Shown in pieces: positions 35,801 to 45,097 of a DNA stretch of 64,000 bases; the first letter of the stretch is position 1; each line of letters starts with the position of its first letter. Source of the stretch: an uncultured bacterium. Lineage in GTDB: Bacteria; Chlamydiota; Chlamydiia; Chlamydiales; VFKH01. Under the pieces are notes generated by a model, which searched no databases, had not been told where the DNA came from, and saw only the letters and a list, made by a program, of their open reading frames with translations. The translations under genes were made by a program, and so were the position numbers. The DNA lies in contig CAZQVA010000007.1 of assembly GCA_964596685.1 (NCBI GenBank), positions 11,026 through 75,025 on the forward strand. Reading direction: 5' to 3'.

Positions 35801-37402
35801 ACTTTTGAGTGACTTTAAATCTTTGAAAAACTCTTGAGCAACTGCAGTATCTTTTTGCCCCTGATATTGATCGATCAAAGACTGTAAGCCTCTTGCAACT
35901 ACATAGATGGATTGATTGCGGAATTGTTCTGGCAGAGAGTCTCTCGATACACCAGGACTGATGATCCATAAACCAAGTGCGCGATCTTCTGCTGGCGCAG
36001 AAAGAACTTCTTGCTGCGTTAAAATCGGAAAATTCTTTGCAATGAGATCGCGATTTGTAGGATGCCACAGTCTTTCTAAACGTCCCTTAATTTGCTCTGT
36101 ACGCTGTTTTGCCACCTGGGGAAGGTGCAACACCAACATGCTTTGGCTGCCTGTCAATTCATTGAAGCTAAAACCATAGTTTGCATTAACAGGAACGATC
36201 TTTTCTTTTGAAAGACTGGCAAGATTTGCCATTTCATCGATGATGAGCTGGTTTATCTGTTCTACTTGTCGCGCTTGTGACTCATCTTTTGTACTTTGTT
36301 CGCGTAACTGTTGCACATCTGCATGTAAAACAAATGTGACTGTATCATGTGCCCAATCGACTATCAGCTTGCTCACAAAAGGATCTTGTTGCTCAAAAGT
36401 GATTGTCTGAATTAACTCATGCTGATCACCCCATGTTTTTTGAAGCAATGCATGTGAAGAAGTGGCATTTAAAGGATCTTGACCCGAGGCAAAAACACTC
36501 TTTTGAGCGCGAACAATTGCCGCAGCCTGTTCTAAAGCAATTTTTTCTTTTTCGAGAATTTTGCGCTGCAAGATATTCTCTTCTGCTGCGGTTTTTTTAA
36601 TCGCATCGATCGCCTTAGTGCGCTCTTGCGCCATCTCCGTAAGCAATTTTTCGAATTTTTCAATCGTTTGGCCTGTTACCCCTTGCCCCTGTGTAAAGGA
36701 AGCATAGTAGCGACGCGCTGGGCCATTCTTCTTACCGAAAAGCTTGTCGAATAAAACAATTTTTTGTGCCAACTGCACAACCATTTGATCTTGATCCGGA
36801 TTAGCTCTCTTCTGCGACAAAGATTTCAATACCTGTGCTGGGTAACTTGTACCACCCAAGCCAATCAATACAGGTTCCAAACGATCAAAAACAATCTCTT
36901 GATATTCTTCAGTGATTTGATGGTCTTTCTGCTTTTGAACAAACGTAAAGTAATTGCCAGCCTGTTTTGCATCCAGGGTTGTTGTCAAACGACGCTCGAT
37001 CCAAACCTCACTACCATTGGTATCGGGCAGCGCAACGAGTTCAACGCGTGCAGGAACAAAGGGAAATAAAGTTGCAGCACGTGGGACTACTGCAGAAAAA
37101 ATACGCGCATCTTTTTGATTGTCAAAAGTCAAGTGCAACAAACTGCTATCTTCTTTAGAGACTTCTAACTGCTTGAGATTGAGCCCAAGATGCTTTACCA
37201 AAGCATGCACCCACTCTACTGACTGTTCTTGCACACCTTGAATGCGCTCTGAAACCTCTACAGCAACACCTGCAGCTCGTCTTTGATCAATGGGATCAGA
37301 AAGCGGTTTAGAGTAATAAAAAATTGTAGGCAATATGTTGTAAAGCGTCAATGCGAGCACAGCTATAATGAGAAAAAGCTGCCACTTCTTTTGTTTTTCC
37401 AT
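32861..37402 (-). CDS. secDF: fused protein-export membrane protein SecD/SecF
   Basis: 1513 aa. Long periplasmic N-terminal region followed by two SecD/SecF-type 6-TM modules. The fused long form matches chlamydial secDF. Confidence 0.9.
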   Translation of the reverse strand: MEKQKKWQLFLIIAVLALTLYNILPTIFYYSKPLSDPIDQRRAAGVAVEVSERIQGVQEQSVEWVHALVKHLGLNLKQLEVSKEDSSLLHLTFDNQKDARIFSAVVPRAATLFPFVPARVELVALPDTNGSEVWIERRLTTTLDAKQAGNYFTFVQKQKDHQITEEYQEIVFDRLEPVLIGLGGTSYPAQVLKSLSQKRANPDQDQMVVQLAQKIVLFDKLFGKKNGPARRYYASFTQGQGVTGQTIEKFEKLLTEMAQERTKAIDAIKKTAAEENILQRKILEKEKIALEQAAAIVRAQKSVFASGQDPLNATSSHALLQKTWGDQHELIQTITFEQQDPFVSKLIVDWAHDTVTFVLHADVQQLREQSTKDESQARQVEQINQLIIDEMANLASLSKEKIVPVNANYGFSFNELTGSQSMLVLHLPQVAKQRTEQIKGRLERLWHPTNRDLIAKNFPILTQQEVLSAPAEDRALGLWIISPGVSRDSLPEQFRNQSIYVVARGLQSLIDQYQGQKDTAVAQEFFKDLKSLKSLLEQQGFFGYSASENGFGKTYAKDVIFELPNYYAALIDATREQFTVHGTGRFSTLEFTDVQQRILAWNRIEDAMHGELIKWRDTYQAAQVNLDLNARMDVPPPSKNVYLNNLVLNWKKYFYGDERKVLKWGLDLSGGKSVHLGLQDKSGKLLSNPEDLQQAVNELYQRVNKLGVSDVGIRTQDQFIVLDFPGSQGLSAKELVQAASMSFHIVNEKFSNGNKALAPSVNEFLQQVWNEALLTNRTDALSIHQIAWRHMGGSDNPLQEEIPQSDAAATLKEQGLRLANLSLDPQTGVFDDTLSMITRLRGDDFSEWHGQSHPLMIVFYNYALEGANLENIQVGYDQAKGNMLSFSVRGSGQNADGQNVNYRDQFFAWTSQFAQEKIVGTVNENYSGGAGWRMAVVLNGNVINAPTLNAPLRDHAMITGHFTQSEVNELAADLKAGALSFTPTILSEENISPELGKQERMYGMLAALVGTLLVIVVMIAYYRFAGFVASIAVLFNLLIMWGVLQNIDAALTLPGIAGIILTIGMAVDANVLVFERIREEFARTHKLPSSVQAGYRKAFTAIVDSNLTTIIAALILMQFDSGPVKGFAVTLIVGIVTSMFTSLFMTRYFFAGWVQNPKHKKLSMAKWIDKPNFSFMNKTRITVVVSLVIVVLGLLAVWREGSSLIGMDFQGGYTLTVDLEEKQGGNYVAAAREAFVKAGASDRDFQIRSTGAGSTLRMQFSHNMNDAGHPFADMPLENDADDVTYSYENNPRIGWVVHALQENGLTIKSHQLAQLDQQWSAVSGQFSETMRNQALLGLFLAMLAILIYITIRFEFKYAISALLGIVYDLVIAMAIFTLIRLFGVDVQIDLNVIAALMTIIGYSLNDTIIIFDRIREDVRAKHSTNFKTLINHALNATLSRTLMTSGTTLVVLIALLVLGGRSIFDFSLVMTLGVVVGTLSSLFVAAPLLLYFHNKEESKQETKSSNPSLRVIK

Positions 37403-37582
37403 GTGATCCTTACCAGTGTATCGTGACGAAAATTCAATTTTTCAATGCGCTATTCCACTGAAAAATCCATCCAAATAGCATCTACAGACCGATTCACGCT
37501 ATAAATCGTCCTTATGAAACTAGGTCGCGTCTTTAATGTTGAGAACAAAAATAGCATCCTGGACGATTTTTCTCTATCCAAA

Positions 37583-37749
37583 GACGTGAGCCTTTTGCAA
37601 AACTATCCGTAATATGAACTGGTTGCCTAGCAGCGATCTAAGGAGAAAACCTCCTTACGCATGGCTATGGTCATTCATGCGTCGCTTTTTTTTGAATCCT
37701 GCAGCCCTCACTCAGGTCCTATTATGGATAGTTTTTCAAAAGGCTCACG
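37583..37749. repeat. 25-nt inverted repeat pair enclosing ~117 nt (unclassified)
   Basis: CGTGAGCCTTTTGCAAAACTATCC (37583-37606) matches GGATAGTTTTTCAAAAGGCTCACG (37725-37749) apart from a one-nt bulge. Lies in the secDF upstream region. Confidence 0.5.
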
Positions 37750-37757
37750 TGAGTTCT

Positions 37758-37838
37758 ATATATGAGAGCTTTTTTTATGACTCGAGCTCAGGGCTTTCTC
37801 TTCTGTCTACAACCAATTCTTCAAGTGGAATGGGTATA
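37758..37838. repeat. Family-A half element (A5), broken at the palindrome centre
   Basis: ATATGAGAGC...CTCGAGCTCAGGGCTTTCTCTTCTGTCTACAACCAATTCTTCAAGTGGAATGGGTATA. Only one arm is present, and its terminus faces the RND operon. Confidence 0.8.
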
Positions 37839-37839
37839 T

Positions 37840-37863
37840 TAGACTTCTTTCGAAAGAAGTCTA
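37840..37863. repeat. Family-D minimal 24-bp perfect palindrome (D3), possible terminator of the RND operon
   Basis: TAGACTTCTTTCGAAAGAAGTCTA. Lies 2 nt downstream of the RND pump stop (minus strand) and 1 nt from A5. Confidence 0.75.
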
Positions 37864-37865
37864 TT

Positions 37866-40800
37866 TTAAATCGATGCATCCATGTCCTTTATTTTGGGTT
37901 GCAAGCGATCTAGGTAGATAAAGACAACTGGCATCAGGAAAAGTGTGAGTAGCTGAGAAAAGAGCAACCCTCCAATGAGTACCAAACCTAAAGGTTTACG
38001 CGCTTCACCCCCAGCACCGAGCCCTACAGCTACGGGCAAAGCCCCCATGATTGCTGCCAGAGTGGTCATTAAGATCGGACGAAAACGAATCAAAGCTGCC
38101 TCAAAGATCGCATCATGGGCGCCTTTGCCATTTTTTTTCATCTCATTAGCATAGTCGATCATCATGATCCCATTCTTTTGTACAATCCCAATCAAAAGCA
38201 CGAGACCTAATAACGCATACAAGGAAAGGATTTGATCAAAAGCTAGGAGAGTCAATAGTCCGCCAAGCACAGCAATGGGGAGTGCAGATAAAATGGTCAG
38301 CGGTAGAATAAAGCTCTCATATAGAATACCGAGAAGAATATAGATGAAGATAACCGCTATAATAATTAGGAAACGAAAGTCAGACATCGTCTCTTCAAAC
38401 TGTTGCGCTACCCCCTGCAAATCTCCATTCACCGACTGTGGCAACACTTCATCAGCAATTCCTCTCAATGTGGAAATTGCATCACTTAAAGGAATTTGAG
38501 GGGCCAAGCTAAAGGAAAGTGTCACCGAAGGGAACTGATTAAAGTGATTTACACTTGAAACACCTACCCCCTCCTTCATCTGTAAAATATTACTGAGTGG
38601 CACTACATTGCCTGGCGCAGATGGATTTTGAATATATAAAGCATTGAGATTATCAGGCTGATTGCTATAACTGGGTGTAACTTCCAGCACGACATTGTAT
38701 TCGTTGGCGGGAGTTTGCATCGTCGATACTTTTCCCCCACTCAATGCATAGCCCAAATTACCCTGCAGTGCTTGAGCGCTAATGCCATAGGAGGAAGCTG
38801 CATCTCTGTCGAGGGTTAATTCGATTTGCGGGGTCGTATTTTGTAGGTCATTGTTGACATTTATAAATCCAGGAACCATTTGCAGGCGTTGTGTCAATTT
38901 TGTGGCAGCATTATAGAGATCCTCTGGATTTAAACTTGACAAGACATACTGATAGTCCGCATTGCTCGTGGCCCCAACAGAAAGATTTAAAAATGGCAGT
39001 GCCTTGACATACGTAGCAATTCCGGGGATTTGCCAGAGGTCCACATTTAAATCCTGTAAAACATGCTGCACGGATGGCCTTTCATTAGCTGGTTTCAAAC
39101 GCGCAAACAATAAACCACTATTATTGCTAAGACCAGCAAGTGTTACGTAATCCACAATGTGTTTATTATCTGTAAACTCCTTGTTGACCTCCTGCTGCAA
39201 CTCTACGGAATGGCGTGTCGAAGAATTTTGCGCTGTCTGGGTATAGGCAATCAAAAATCCTAAATCGTCAGAGGCGGTTAAACTAGTTGGCAATTTTTGG
39301 AAAACAAAAACCGTTCCTATGAGGGCAGCCAAACCAATAATTAAAGTGAGTTTTGGCCAAACAAGCACCCATTCCAGTCCCTTGCGATATCCCTTGATCA
39401 AGGTGCGATTGATCTTTTCAGAAAAATGCACTTTGTTGTCTTCATCCGATTTTTTATGTGGAGGAAGAAAACGGCTACACAATAAAGGCGTTAATGTCAG
39501 TGAAATGACGCCCGAAGACATAATCGCCATCACCATAGTCACTGCAAACTCTCTAAATAACCTCCCCAACATGCCACTCAAGAATAGTAATGGAATAAAT
39601 ACCGCACACAGGGCAAGGGTCATTGTCATGACTGTGATACTAATTTGCGCTGAGCCATCTAATGCTGCCTTGTAAGGAGGTTTTCCCCCTTCAATATGGC
39701 GAACGATATTCTCCAGAACCACGATCGCATCATCGATGATGAATCCAATTGCCAATAAGAGGGCCATTAGAGAAAGGTTATCAAGTGTAAAACCGGCCAA
39801 ATCCATCAACATAAAAGTTGAAATCATACTCATGGGAATGACGACAACGGGGATAATCGTATCTTTGAATTTTCCAAGATAAATAAAAATTACAGCAACG
39901 ACCAAAATAAAGGCGACGAGCAAGGTGAACTCGACATCCTGAACAGAGGCAATAATGGAATCAGCACGATTGAAGATCGAATCAAAATAAATATTTGCAG
40001 GAATTTCCTTGCGCAAGTGAGGGAGTAATTGATCAATACCTTTAACAACTGCAATGGTATTCGCTTTTGGTTGTTTTTGAACCGCGATCACTGCTGTTGG
40101 CTGGTTAATACCTCGGCTAGCATTGACATAATTACAATAAAGGTAAGGCTGCTGCTGGCTATTAATCGCATACCCGACATCCCTAATTGAAAGAGGCGCT
40201 CCATTTTGTGTCGAGATGACAAGATTGTCATACCCTTCTGCGCGTAAGATTTGCCCATTGGGATTTTGTATCAGAAAATACCGCAAAACACCGTCATAGT
40301 CCCCTAATGGATAGTTGACATTCCCACCTGCAATTGTTGTTGCAATATTTGTTAAATCTAATCCCTTTGCAGCAAGGTTTTGAGGATCAATACGCACTCT
40401 TACAGCGTAAGGAGAGCCATAAGTAACAATTTGAGCAACCCCAGGAACCATTGACAATCGTTTTCCTACATAACTATCGGCATACTCATAGAGTTTATCA
40501 GGTTCCATAGTGGGAGAACTGACCACCATATATTGAATAGGCGCGGCTGAAGGGTTCACCTTTTCATAAGTCGGATTACTTGGCATCTGAGGCAAGAGAG
40601 GCAATGTAGCTGAAATTGCCGCATTAACATCCTGTGCTGCTGCATCAATATTCACAGAAAGATCAAACTGCAAGACGATTGTCGATGCCCCTTGTGTACT
40701 GGAAGACGTCATGACACGGATGCCATTAATAGCCATGAAGGCGCGCTCTAAAGGAGTCGCCACTGTGTCCGCCATCGTTTTAGGGCTACCACCTGGCAAA

Positions 40801-40949
40801 TAAGCAGACACTTCTAAAGTAGGGTATTCGACATCCGGCAAATCACTAACAGGCAGTCGATAGTAGGCTAAAAGACCTACACAAAGAATCGCTATCATCA
40901 CCAATGTGGTCATCACAGGACGACGGATGAAAGGTTCTGAAAGATTCAT
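37866..40949 (-). CDS. RND multidrug efflux pump, inner-membrane subunit (MdtB/AcrB-like, HAE1)
   Basis: 1027 aa. The N-terminus FIRRPVMTTLVMIAILCVGLLAYYRLPVSDLPDVEYPTLEVSAYLPGGSP..VATPLER parallels MdtB/AcrB. 12-TM architecture. Confidence 0.9.
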   Translation of the reverse strand: MNLSEPFIRRPVMTTLVMIAILCVGLLAYYRLPVSDLPDVEYPTLEVSAYLPGGSPKTMADTVATPLERAFMAINGIRVMTSSSTQGASTIVLQFDLSVNIDAAAQDVNAAISATLPLLPQMPSNPTYEKVNPSAAPIQYMVVSSPTMEPDKLYEYADSYVGKRLSMVPGVAQIVTYGSPYAVRVRIDPQNLAAKGLDLTNIATTIAGGNVNYPLGDYDGVLRYFLIQNPNGQILRAEGYDNLVISTQNGAPLSIRDVGYAINSQQQPYLYCNYVNASRGINQPTAVIAVQKQPKANTIAVVKGIDQLLPHLRKEIPANIYFDSIFNRADSIIASVQDVEFTLLVAFILVVAVIFIYLGKFKDTIIPVVVIPMSMISTFMLMDLAGFTLDNLSLMALLLAIGFIIDDAIVVLENIVRHIEGGKPPYKAALDGSAQISITVMTMTLALCAVFIPLLFLSGMLGRLFREFAVTMVMAIMSSGVISLTLTPLLCSRFLPPHKKSDEDNKVHFSEKINRTLIKGYRKGLEWVLVWPKLTLIIGLAALIGTVFVFQKLPTSLTASDDLGFLIAYTQTAQNSSTRHSVELQQEVNKEFTDNKHIVDYVTLAGLSNNSGLLFARLKPANERPSVQHVLQDLNVDLWQIPGIATYVKALPFLNLSVGATSNADYQYVLSSLNPEDLYNAATKLTQRLQMVPGFINVNNDLQNTTPQIELTLDRDAASSYGISAQALQGNLGYALSGGKVSTMQTPANEYNVVLEVTPSYSNQPDNLNALYIQNPSAPGNVVPLSNILQMKEGVGVSSVNHFNQFPSVTLSFSLAPQIPLSDAISTLRGIADEVLPQSVNGDLQGVAQQFEETMSDFRFLIIIAVIFIYILLGILYESFILPLTILSALPIAVLGGLLTLLAFDQILSLYALLGLVLLIGIVQKNGIMMIDYANEMKKNGKGAHDAIFEAALIRFRPILMTTLAAIMGALPVAVGLGAGGEARKPLGLVLIGGLLFSQLLTLFLMPVVFIYLDRLQPKIKDMDASI

Positions 40950-42181
40950 GAATGATCTCTCCCTTCAAGATGTGCAATTTTACGAAGGATACGCCTCGAT
41001 GGGTGCATTGAAGGGCTCTTCAATTCATGCTCATCCTTTGTAAGGTCATGTGTAATATTGACAGGTGCATCAGGATAAAGATTTAACTGCCCCACAGTAA
41101 CTACCTCTGTGTTTGCTTCAAGACCACTTTTAATCTCTGTCCATTCATCTGTTGCCACTCCAGTCACTACTTCTTGCATTTTTACTGTATGGTCTTTTGT
41201 CACTACATAAACGAATTTGCCCTTAGCCCCCACCTGGATAGCCAATGTAGGCACGACGACAGCATCTTTATTCACATACATCTGTAGTTCACCGCGCACA
41301 AATTGCCCTGGCCAACCATCTAAATTCTCGTTTTTAAAGCGGGCTTTGATATTGATGGTTCCAGTTTGTGCATTGACTACGTTGTCAATGGCTATTAATT
41401 CTCCTTCAAGATGTGGCTGTGTTGGGCTCGAAAAAGAAATCACAATCTTTAATGGCGCTTCCTTTTGACGATTTTTAACGGTGTCCAGCCAAATTTCTGG
41501 TAAATTTAAGATGGCATCAATTGGGCTAACTTGAGCGACTGTCGCAATAAATGGGTTGCTGTATGAAAGGTTAAAAACGTTACCCACTGTCACCTGCACT
41601 AAACCAAAGATACCATCGACAGGAGCACGTAATTCAGTAAACCCTAATTGCGCTTGTGCATAGACTAAAGCTCCCTTATCGGACAGCAACTGTCCTTCAG
41701 CAGCTAGGACAGCGGCCTGATACTGTGCCATTGTCAAAGGTGCCACAAAGTTTTGAGGCACAAGGGCCGCATAGCTTTTGAGCTGTTCTTTGGCATATTG
41801 TAAATTCGCCTCATCCTTCATAATATTTCCTTGAACTTGCTCCACAAGCCCTAAGAAGGGTGTCGGATCAATGCGAACTAACAAATCTCCCGTTTTAACC
41901 ATTGCCCCATCTTTGGGAACAATTTCAACGACCTCTCCCGACACCTGAGGCACAAGCTGGACGAGATTGGGAGACTGCAAATGGCCAATGACGCGCAAGG
42001 TCACAGGCACATCGCGCGTATAACTCTTATCAACTTTCACGGGGAAACTAAAGGCTGCAGGCTGCGCCACATGCGCGCTTGCTTTATCTTGAGCCTTCTT
42101 CTTGCAGCCAGAGACTTGTAAAAGTAAAATACCTAGTGAGCAAACATAGACCAAATGTATGATATACTTCTTTTTAAGCAT
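40946..42181 (-). CDS. RND efflux membrane fusion protein (lipoprotein)
   Basis: 411 aa with lipobox LLQVSGC and HlyD/biotinyl-lipoyl-like plus beta-barrel regions. 4-nt overlap with the pump gene. Confidence 0.85.
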   Translation of the reverse strand: MLKKKYIIHLVYVCSLGILLLQVSGCKKKAQDKASAHVAQPAAFSFPVKVDKSYTRDVPVTLRVIGHLQSPNLVQLVPQVSGEVVEIVPKDGAMVKTGDLLVRIDPTPFLGLVEQVQGNIMKDEANLQYAKEQLKSYAALVPQNFVAPLTMAQYQAAVLAAEGQLLSDKGALVYAQAQLGFTELRAPVDGIFGLVQVTVGNVFNLSYSNPFIATVAQVSPIDAILNLPEIWLDTVKNRQKEAPLKIVISFSSPTQPHLEGELIAIDNVVNAQTGTINIKARFKNENLDGWPGQFVRGELQMYVNKDAVVVPTLAIQVGAKGKFVYVVTKDHTVKMQEVVTGVATDEWTEIKSGLEANTEVVTVGQLNLYPDAPVNITHDLTKDEHELKSPSMHPSRRILRKIAHLEGRDHS

Positions 42182-43565
42182 CTACAAGCCCTCCTCTTGC
42201 ATAAGCCAAGTTAGCCAACGAAATAAAATATGTTGTTTCTGCCTGAATTAATGCACTGCGCGCATCACTTAACGTTGCTTGTGCTTGCAACAGATCGACA
42301 ATATCGTTAATACCAGACCTATACCCAACCAATATTGCATCATATGCTTCTTCTGCATATTCTAAATATTCTCTACTATACTCAACACTTGCAACCGATC
42401 CACGCACAGTATAGTAATTTGTCAACAGCGTTAAGAAAACTGCATTCTCTTGCACTTGTAGTGCAGCAACTGCTTCTTCCCAATCGGCAATTGCTTGTAA
42501 ATAACTGTTTAAGTCATTGAAGCCGTTAAAAATCGGTAAATTCATCACTAATTCAAAGTTAAAATCCGCTCCATCACTTCCCAAATGTTTAAAGTAGGTC
42601 GTTCCATACTGCCCATTAAAGTTTAAAGTGGGGTAAAAGGCGGAGTTTGCTTGTGCAATGAGAGCAGCTTGCGATTGGATGCGTGCGCGCAAGGCTTGTA
42701 GATCGGCGCGACAATATTTTGCCTCCTGTACTAAACGACAGGTATCAGCTTGCACCTCATGGATATTAGATAGATCTGGATAAACGACATCAAACTGTGT
42801 GTCGGGGCGCACACCTACAGCACTTGCTAATGTGGCTTGGGCTGTTTCAAGAGAGACCTCTTGGTTAACGAGATTCAATTTCGCATTATAATACTGCGCT
42901 TTAGCCTGTAATACATCCACAATTGTATCAATACCAGCACTAAACTGAGCTTCAGAGGCTGCAAGCGTCATTTCTGCATTCTCTAAATCAGCTTGGCGCG
43001 CCACCAATAATTCCTCAGCGGCGATGAGTTGATAATAAGCTTGAATCACATTGATCATCACTGTCTGGATTTGCCAGCTATAATTCCAATTTGCTGCCAC
43101 TAAAGCTGCTTTTGCTGATTCAATTCCCGCATCACGACCACCAAAATCAAGCAATAAATAATTTACATACAGCGAAGCCGCATAGGTAGTATATCCATAA
43201 ATTGACCCCAACAGCGTCAATTGAGCTGGATGCGCACGCGTTACCGTGAGAGTTCCATCGACTGTCGGATAAAGGCTGCTTTCAGCAATCCCTAAAGCGG
43301 CTACTGCTTGCTTGGCTTGAGCCCATATCTCTTTACTTGTAGGTTGATTACAAAGACCAATATCCACAAGTTGTGCTAGCGCAATACGCTGCCCGTCATA
43401 AATGTAAGGAGGGGGTTGACAAAGAGGAGCAGGAGGAGTGGCGCGTTCCTTATGGCAAGGCGACAGAGGCAAAAGGGCTGGCATGCGGGGCTTCCAACAC
43501 CCTGTCAGCGTTGCCGCTAAAAGGGTACAAATGCATGTTAGTTCAAGCCACCGCCGATTCTTCAC
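42174..43565 (-). CDS. RND efflux outer membrane factor lipoprotein (NodT/OprM-like)
   Basis: 463 aa with lipobox TLTGC and two OEP repeats. 8-nt overlap with the MFP gene. Confidence 0.85.
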   Translation of the reverse strand: MKNRRWLELTCICTLLAATLTGCWKPRMPALLPLSPCHKERATPPAPLCQPPPYIYDGQRIALAQLVDIGLCNQPTSKEIWAQAKQAVAALGIAESSLYPTVDGTLTVTRAHPAQLTLLGSIYGYTTYAASLYVNYLLLDFGGRDAGIESAKAALVAANWNYSWQIQTVMINVIQAYYQLIAAEELLVARQADLENAEMTLAASEAQFSAGIDTIVDVLQAKAQYYNAKLNLVNQEVSLETAQATLASAVGVRPDTQFDVVYPDLSNIHEVQADTCRLVQEAKYCRADLQALRARIQSQAALIAQANSAFYPTLNFNGQYGTTYFKHLGSDGADFNFELVMNLPIFNGFNDLNSYLQAIADWEEAVAALQVQENAVFLTLLTNYYTVRGSVASVEYSREYLEYAEEAYDAILVGYRSGINDIVDLLQAQATLSDARSALIQAETTYFISLANLAYARGGLVDA

Positions 43566-44961
43566 TCCGCTTCCTCACCGTCATCCACACGTTGTATACG
43601 AAAAGACAATTTCCAAAAAGAATTATTACACCACTAATCGCGCGCGCGACCCAAAATGGAAACATTTTTGCTAATGTGTCTAAGAATGAGAGAGCACCAA
43701 ACTGCGCCTGCATGACAGGATATGAGTCGCCTTGTCCCCAGGAGTTCCACATTAATCCCTGCCAGTATCCTCCCAGCATCAATGAGAAAAACATTAAAAG
43801 AGCTCCCCAAAAATTGCAGTGAAAGTGCCACTTACTGAGGGATTCTGAATGCATAGGGCGTTTATACATGATCATCAAAGCCCCATAAATGCCACCAAAA
43901 GCAAAAAACGAGAAACTTCCAAAGAGAGCCAGATGCGCGTGGCCAATTATCCAGTCTGTTTTGGAGGTAATCGCATTCACTGAACGCAGCGATTGAAGTG
44001 GCCCTTGAATGCATGTAACAAGGTAGAATAGAGTGCCGGCAGCAAAAAACCGCAATGGTATACTCTTTAACCCTTCCTTCCAACGCACTTTTAAGGTGCC
44101 AAAGAAGTTTGTTACTACTGTCCAAACGGGGATAAAAAGCCAAATTGAAAAAATAATACTTGTTGTTTGTAACCACTGTGAAATAGGACCATGAATCATA
44201 TGATGAGCTCCTACCCAGGCGTATACAAATGCCACCGACCAAAACCCAATCATAGAAAGTCGATGGCTATAAAGTGGAGTATCCGAAATTTTAGGGATAA
44301 AATAGTAGGCGATTGCCAGCCCCATGGGAGTAAAAATTAGACCCACAAGATTGTGCACATAAAAAAAGTTCACATTCACGCGTGCCACGCCACCAGGCAC
44401 CCAATCCATGACTAAATTTCCTGCAATAAAAGTAATAGCTGTCCAAAAGAGCGTTCCTAAACCATACCAAAGAGCAACATAAATCTTTTTGTAGTGTCTG
44501 CGTACAACCGTCATGGTTAAATTAAGTGAAAAGAGTACCCAGATAAACGCAATCAACCCCTTAATGGGTAACCAGCCAAAAAGCCACATGGGCAATTCCG
44601 CGTATTCCCACCCCCAATTATATCCAAATGGCAGTGAGAAGACGCCTAAACATAAGACAATCCACCACAAAATATTGGTTACATAGGCGAGTTTTATGCT
44701 CCATAGAGGCACTCCAGCCAAACGCGGTACGATAAAATAGAAAAGGCCCATATTAGCTGATAAAAGCCATAACCAAGCGATTGCATTGACATGTACAGGC
44801 CTTAAACGGCCAAATTGCAATAAAGGTTCATTGATCACATTAGGAAAAAGAAATGTACTTATTGCGAGAAATAGCCCTATACCCATCCCTAAGATAAGAA
44901 AGAAAATAGAAGGAAAGAGCATCTGGCGAGAAGGGCGATCATCGAAAGTTGTCATATTCAT
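43543..44961 (-). CDS. ccoN: cbb3-type heme-copper oxidase subunit I (CcoN-like), no ccoO/ccoP adjacent
   Basis: ~472 aa with 12 or more TM segments. All canonical ligand regions are present: LRPVHVN (helix II His), FFYVHNLVGLIFT (CuB His), FVYAWVGAHHMIHGP (Tyr at -6 plus HH), DWIIGHAHLALFG (HxH). I chose the start MNMTTF. The ORF-track N-terminus runs through repeat A6 and rnpB. Confidence 0.8.
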   Translation of the reverse strand: MNMTTFDDRPSRQMLFPSIFFLILGMGIGLFLAISTFLFPNVINEPLLQFGRLRPVHVNAIAWLWLLSANMGLFYFIVPRLAGVPLWSIKLAYVTNILWWIVLCLGVFSLPFGYNWGWEYAELPMWLFGWLPIKGLIAFIWVLFSLNLTMTVVRRHYKKIYVALWYGLGTLFWTAITFIAGNLVMDWVPGGVARVNVNFFYVHNLVGLIFTPMGLAIAYYFIPKISDTPLYSHRLSMIGFWSVAFVYAWVGAHHMIHGPISQWLQTTSIIFSIWLFIPVWTVVTNFFGTLKVRWKEGLKSIPLRFFAAGTLFYLVTCIQGPLQSLRSVNAITSKTDWIIGHAHLALFGSFSFFAFGGIYGALMIMYKRPMHSESLSKWHFHCNFWGALLMFFSLMLGGYWQGLMWNSWGQGDSYPVMQAQFGALSFLDTLAKMFPFWVARAISGVIILFGNCLFVYNVWMTVRKRSEESAVA

Positions 44962-45030
44962 CAAATGTTTGATACAATAAGAGAAAGCTACACTGCTTTG
45001 ATTTAAGGTGTCTAGCAATTTTCTGGACTT

Positions 45031-45080
45031 TATACCCATTCCACTTGAAGAATTGGTTTTAGACAGAAGAGAAGGCCCTT
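45031..45080. repeat. Family-A half element (A6), terminus facing the ccoN-RND block
   Basis: TATACCCATTCCACTTGAAGAATTGGTTTTAGACAGAAGAGAAGGCCC. 47 of its first 49 nt are identical to the reverse complement of A5. Confidence 0.8.
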
Positions 45081-45097
45081 CAAATCTAAAATTTCGT

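Noticed and set aside
33081-37158. Numerous 60-130-aa plus-strand ORFs within secDF
   Set aside because: All are antisense to a continuous 1513-aa conserved ORF. None has motifs or an RBS.
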